Of a DNA stretch of 64,000 nucleotides, positions 60,549 through 64,000 are shown in pieces; the first letter of the stretch is position 1; each line of letters starts with the position of its first letter. Source of the stretch: Camelus dromedarius (Eukaryota); NCBI RefSeq assembly GCF_036321535.1, contig NC_087454.1:17794001-17858000 (forward strand). The letters run 5' to 3'. Under the pieces are notes generated by a model, which ran no database searches, was not told the origin of the DNA, and was given only the letters and a program-made list of their open reading frames with translations. The translations under genes and the position numbers were made by a program.

Positions 60549-60842
60549 TGCCGGGCGGCGGCGTCCGCAGCCTTCGCAGAGGTGAAGCGGCGTCTGCGCT
60601 CGGGCGGGGCGGCTCAGGCAGCGCTGCGGGCGGAGCTGGGCGCCTGTGGATCCCTGGGCCGCTCTGAGGACCAGGCGGAGCTTCTGGGGACGCTGCAGGC
60701 GCTGGTGGGAGGCGCGGTGCAGTACGATGGGCAGGTGGGAGCGCCGCTGAGTGTGCGACAGCTCTGCGGACTCCTCCTCGGGGACAGGGACAACTGCAGC
60801 AGCCCCGCTGCGCCCTACCGCGGACTTCGTCGGGCAGTGCAG
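60549..60842 (+). CDS. PRSS16: PRSS16 exon 8, inside a CpG island
   Basis: CRAAASAAFAEVKRRL...LVGGAVQYDGQVGAPLSVRQLC...GLRRAVQ; donor GTGAGC. Confidence 0.94.
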
Positions 60843-60902
60843 GTGAGCACCCCTGAGCACCGCCAGGAGTCAGCAGACAAGAGTCCCTGTTCCACCTCCG
60901 CT

Positions 60903-60965
60903 GTGTGATCTTGGGCACGCGTAAGCCGTTTCTGAGTCTTAGTTTCCTCATCTGTAAAATGACAT
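60903..60965 (+). mobile_element. MIR fragment
   Basis: TGTGATCTTGGGCA...AGTTTCCTCATCTGTAAAATG core. Confidence 0.75.
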
Positions 60966-61234
60966 CTCACAGGGACCTCGTAGGGTCACGGAAAACTCTC
61001 AGCAGGGAGTCTGGCACACAGTATGCAAACATTGGCGACTATGCTGGTTATCCGGTTTGCCTACTTTGTTCTGTCCTCTTCCTGGGGCCTGCAACAGAGT
61101 CTGTCACACACAGCAAGCGCTTAATTAGTATTTGTAGAGTGAATGAAAAACACTAGTCCTGGTGGCATAGTTCTCCTAGAGACTGGGACCCGCCAGCCTT
61201 GGAATCCACAGTAACATCCTAGCTGTCACTTTTC

Positions 61235-61420
61235 CAGCGCTGTCTGCACCAAGTGCTGTGCGGCATGCTTCACATTTATTATTTCATTGAATTCTCACAA
61301 TAATTCTAGGAGGTAGGCACTACTATTATCCCTATTCACAGATGAGGAAACTGAGATCCAAGATACTATTACTTGCCCAAGATCTCACAGGTAAGAAGGT
61401 TCTAGTCATCTAGTACCTTA
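61235..61420 (-). mobile_element. MIR
   Basis: ACAGATGAGGAAACTGAG...ACTTGCCCAAGATCTCACAG core. Confidence 0.8.
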
Positions 61421-61567
61421 ATCTCTAATCTACAGGGACCCAGGTCCCCACCACCACTGACCACTGACTCCCAGGAGAACTCAGGAACTCACTCTTCTGA
61501 CTTCTGTCCTTTGACCTGTAGGGACCTATTCCTCCAGGCCCTGGCTTGCTGGGGGAAGGGGTGGAAT

Positions 61568-61618
61568 GTATGTATGTATACGTATATATACATATATATG
61601 TATGTATATACGTATATT
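61568..61618 (+). repeat. Alternating purine-pyrimidine (TA/TG/CA) microsatellite
   Basis: Ends about 10 nt before the exon 9 acceptor. Confidence 0.85.
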
Positions 61619-61627
61619 GTCCCCTAG

Positions 61628-61769
61628 GTTGTCACACGCAGCCTGGGCCAGAGGTGTTTAAGCTTTTCTCGAGCAGAGACAGTGACACAGTTGAGAGTCA
61701 CAGAACCCCAAGTGTCCGGCGTGGGTGACCGGCAGTGGTTGTATCAGACCTGTACTGAGTTCGGCTACT
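61628..61769 (+). CDS. PRSS16: PRSS16 exon 9
   Basis: VVTRSLGQRCLSFSRAETV...GDRQWLYQTCTEFGY; S28 QTCTEFG motif; donor GTGAGT. Confidence 0.94.
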
Positions 61770-62370
61770 GTGAGTGACTGGCCCAACCCTCACCCCCAAA
61801 ACATACATTCTGTGCTATGCCCCAACAAGCCATCTCACAGGGGGTCTGGACTCATTTTCATTTTCATAGGACAACTGGGTCTTGTTTACCCTGCAGGTGT
61901 GGGACTGGAGGCGGGACAGCCATACTAGAGTGTGCGTGTATGTGTGGTCCTCACAAACCTTCTCACTCACATGCTTGGTCCTCAACAGGAGTGATCGGCC
62001 CTTCAATCTGCTCTTCATTTGTGTCCCTGTCCCAGGAATGGGTCTACCCTCTCCAGTTGCCAGGCTAGAAACCCTTATCAGTGCTTTTCATGCCTCCTTC
62101 CCATCATCCACATAGGCTGTCAACCACTGAGTTTTGCCCACTCTTTCTTCTGGACAACTCTGAAGTTCACCCAATCCTTTTCTCTTCCCACCTCTGCCAT
62201 CCTGGTGGAGGCCCTCACGCTCTCCTGCCTGGATCCCTGACCCAGCTTCTTCTCTGATCTCTAAACCTTCACGCATACAGAGCAACTTCCTCACAGGGTC
62301 CAGAGAGACCTTTATAAATATGACCTTGTCCTTCCTCTATTCAAAACTTTTCCACAGCTCCTCAGTGACC

Positions 62371-62558
62371 CTGGGGTAATAAAATACAGAATGCCCATTG
62401 AAATTTGAATTTCAGATAAACAACATTTTTTTTAGTATAACCATGTCCCCAGTATTCCATGGGACATACTTACACTAAAAAAAAATGCTTTTCTGTTTAT
62501 CTGAAATTCAAATTTGACTGTGCATCCTGTATTTTTCTTTGCTAAATCTGGCTACCAT
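62371..62558. mobile_element. MER53 palindromic hAT-type MITE
   Basis: Long inverted repeat with a perfect 22-bp arm AAATTTGAATTTCAGATAAACA (62401-62422, reverse complement at 62494-62515); matches the recalled MER53 consensus. Confidence 0.88.
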
Positions 62559-62599
62559 TCCCCAGAGTTAACTTAAAAAAATTTCCCATATCCCCTGAA

Positions 62600-62858
62600 A
62601 GCAGTGGAGATATGGTTTAAAGCAGAAATTTTGAAGATTCAAATTCTAACTTCATTTCGTAGCTATGTGATCCTGGGCAAACTTCGGCGAGTGACTTAAC
62701 CTCTCTATGCCTTAGTTTCTACATCTGTAAAATAAGAATAACAACAGTGTTTCTCTCATAAGGTTGTTTGAGGGTTAAGAGAGATAATATATGTAACATG
62801 CTAAGAATAATGCTTGTATACAGTAAGTGCTCCATAAATGCTTGCTCTTATTATTATA
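62600..62858 (+). mobile_element. MIR, near full length
   Basis: Core GTGACTTAACCTCTCTATGCCTTAGTTTCTACATCTGTAAAAT and tail CAGTAAGTGCTCCATAAATG. Confidence 0.8.
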
Positions 62859-63394
62859 AGGCTCTACTATTTTGACCCCCTGATATACCAATCTTCTTAA
62901 TACCTCAGGAACTTTGCTTGGATGCTTATCTTCTCCTCTGCATACAGTTTACTCATCTTCAATTCTCAACACAAAGTGCCCGCTTCTCAGGAAGCCTTAC
63001 CTGATCTCTCAAGATAAGTCCACCTTCCTGCCTCCACCTCATCAGTTTTGTATTCTTCTTCTTAGCGTTTTCCATGGTCTCATCACCACACTCTTTATTG
63101 CCTATCTCCCTCTCTGGACTGTGAGTCCTGGACAGCAGAGCCTGGGCTGTTTTTGTTGCACTGTATTCCCAGTATATTGTTCAACATATATCTGAGTACA
63201 AGATAGGTGCTCAAATAAATGGTGAAGGAAGGAATAAATTAATATGAGGCTGCGAAGTTAGATTTACCCTAAAAGCACAGGGAAGCTATGGATTTTAAGC
63301 AGGGGAGACATGATCTAATTTGTGCCTTAAGCACTCTGGGCTCTCTCTCTCTGTTTGCCTCAAACCTGCTAATTCCTTCAGGTCTTTCTTCTAT

Positions 63395-63490
63395 TAATTG
63401 GTTTTATTAATCATTTTTTTCAATAGGATTGAACCCAGGACTTTTTGCATGCTAACCATGTGCTCTACCACTGAGCTATACCCACTCCTC
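63395..63490 (-). mobile_element. tRNA-Ala-derived SINE in PRSS16 intron 9
   Basis: Minus GGGTATAGCTCAGTGGTAGAGCACATGGTTAGCATGCAAAAAGTCCTGGGTTCAATCC followed by an A tail. Confidence 0.82.
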
Positions 63491-63762
63491 TCCCCTTAAG
63501 TTCTTACCCTTACAGAATGCTGTCCCTGAGCCCATTATGCTCCCTCTGGGTTCCTCCACCCCCACCTCAAGCCCTCTTCCATCATAACCCTGATCATTCT
63601 AGGCCATCATTGTCTGGGAGTGAGTGTGTCTCTGAGGGGACTGTGAACTCGTTGAAGGTCTGGAGCTGTCTTGGTCATCACTGGGGAGAGTTCTGTCAAT
63701 GACTATTAAAGAGGTAGGGGGCTGGCTATATATCCCACACTTATGGATACCTCTCCCCACAG

Positions 63763-63942
63763 ATGTCACATGTGAGGACCCTGGATGCCCTTTCTCACAG
63801 CTCCCAGCACTGCCTTCCCAGCTAGACCTATGTGAGCAGGTGTTTGGGCTTTCCACTTCATCCATAGCCAAGGCTGTGGCCCAGACGAACTCCTACTATG
63901 GTGGCCAGACCCCAGGGGCCACCCAAGTGCTGTTTGTTAATG
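63763..63942 (+). CDS. PRSS16: PRSS16 exon 10; the gene continues beyond the window
   Basis: YVTCEDPGCPFSQLPALPSQLDLCEQVFG...YYGGQTPGATQVLFVN; donor GTGAGC. Exons 1-10 join into a stop-free 1327-nt frame; the catalytic Asp and His lie outside the window. Confidence 0.94.
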
Positions 63943-64000
63943 GTGAGCATGCCATCAGAACCTTACTCCTAAGTGTCTACCTAGCTCCAGCTCAACCCAC

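Larger units (their letters stand above)
62130..63240 (+). mobile_element. L2 remnant interrupted by MER53 and MIR
   Basis: L2 motifs at 62130-62370 and 62880-63240, ending GTGCTCAAATAAATGGTGAAGGAAGGAAT. Confidence 0.55.

Noticed and set aside
60093-60951. Antisense ORFs of 255 and 156 aa
   Set aside because: Stop-poor CpG island overlapping PRSS16 exon 8.

Overview
Mammalian genomic DNA with no prokaryotic features. It looks orthologous to the small histone subcluster, tRNA cluster and PRSS16 interval of human 6p22.1. The order is tRNA-Ser(GCT), H2B(-)/H2A(+), an H3 pseudogene, H4(+), H2B(-)/H2A(+), eight more intact tRNA genes, then coding exons 1-10 of the thymic serine protease PRSS16, which runs off the right end. 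Histone symbols are assigned from recalled human synteny and protein termini, not from a search. The tRNA-Ala-derived SINEs and the absence of Alu, B1/B2, Bov-tA or CAN-SINE suggest a camelid (inference). Repeat subfamily names are from recalled consensus sequences and their boundaries are approximate. I cannot demonstrate a wholly new system. The best leads are: (1) tRNA-Ser(CGA) has no T4 terminator for 263 nt and the read-through would end in a hairpin; (2) both H2B genes carry a consensus splice donor between the stop codon and the stem-loop; (3) four decayed tRNA genes sit among the intact ones, one keeping its A and B boxes but carrying an internal T5; (4) H4 has a second, degenerate stem-loop; (5) one H2A has Thr at position 10; (6) several PRSS16 splice sites are weak. 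Seven N runs fall only in multi-copy sequence and appear to preserve length.
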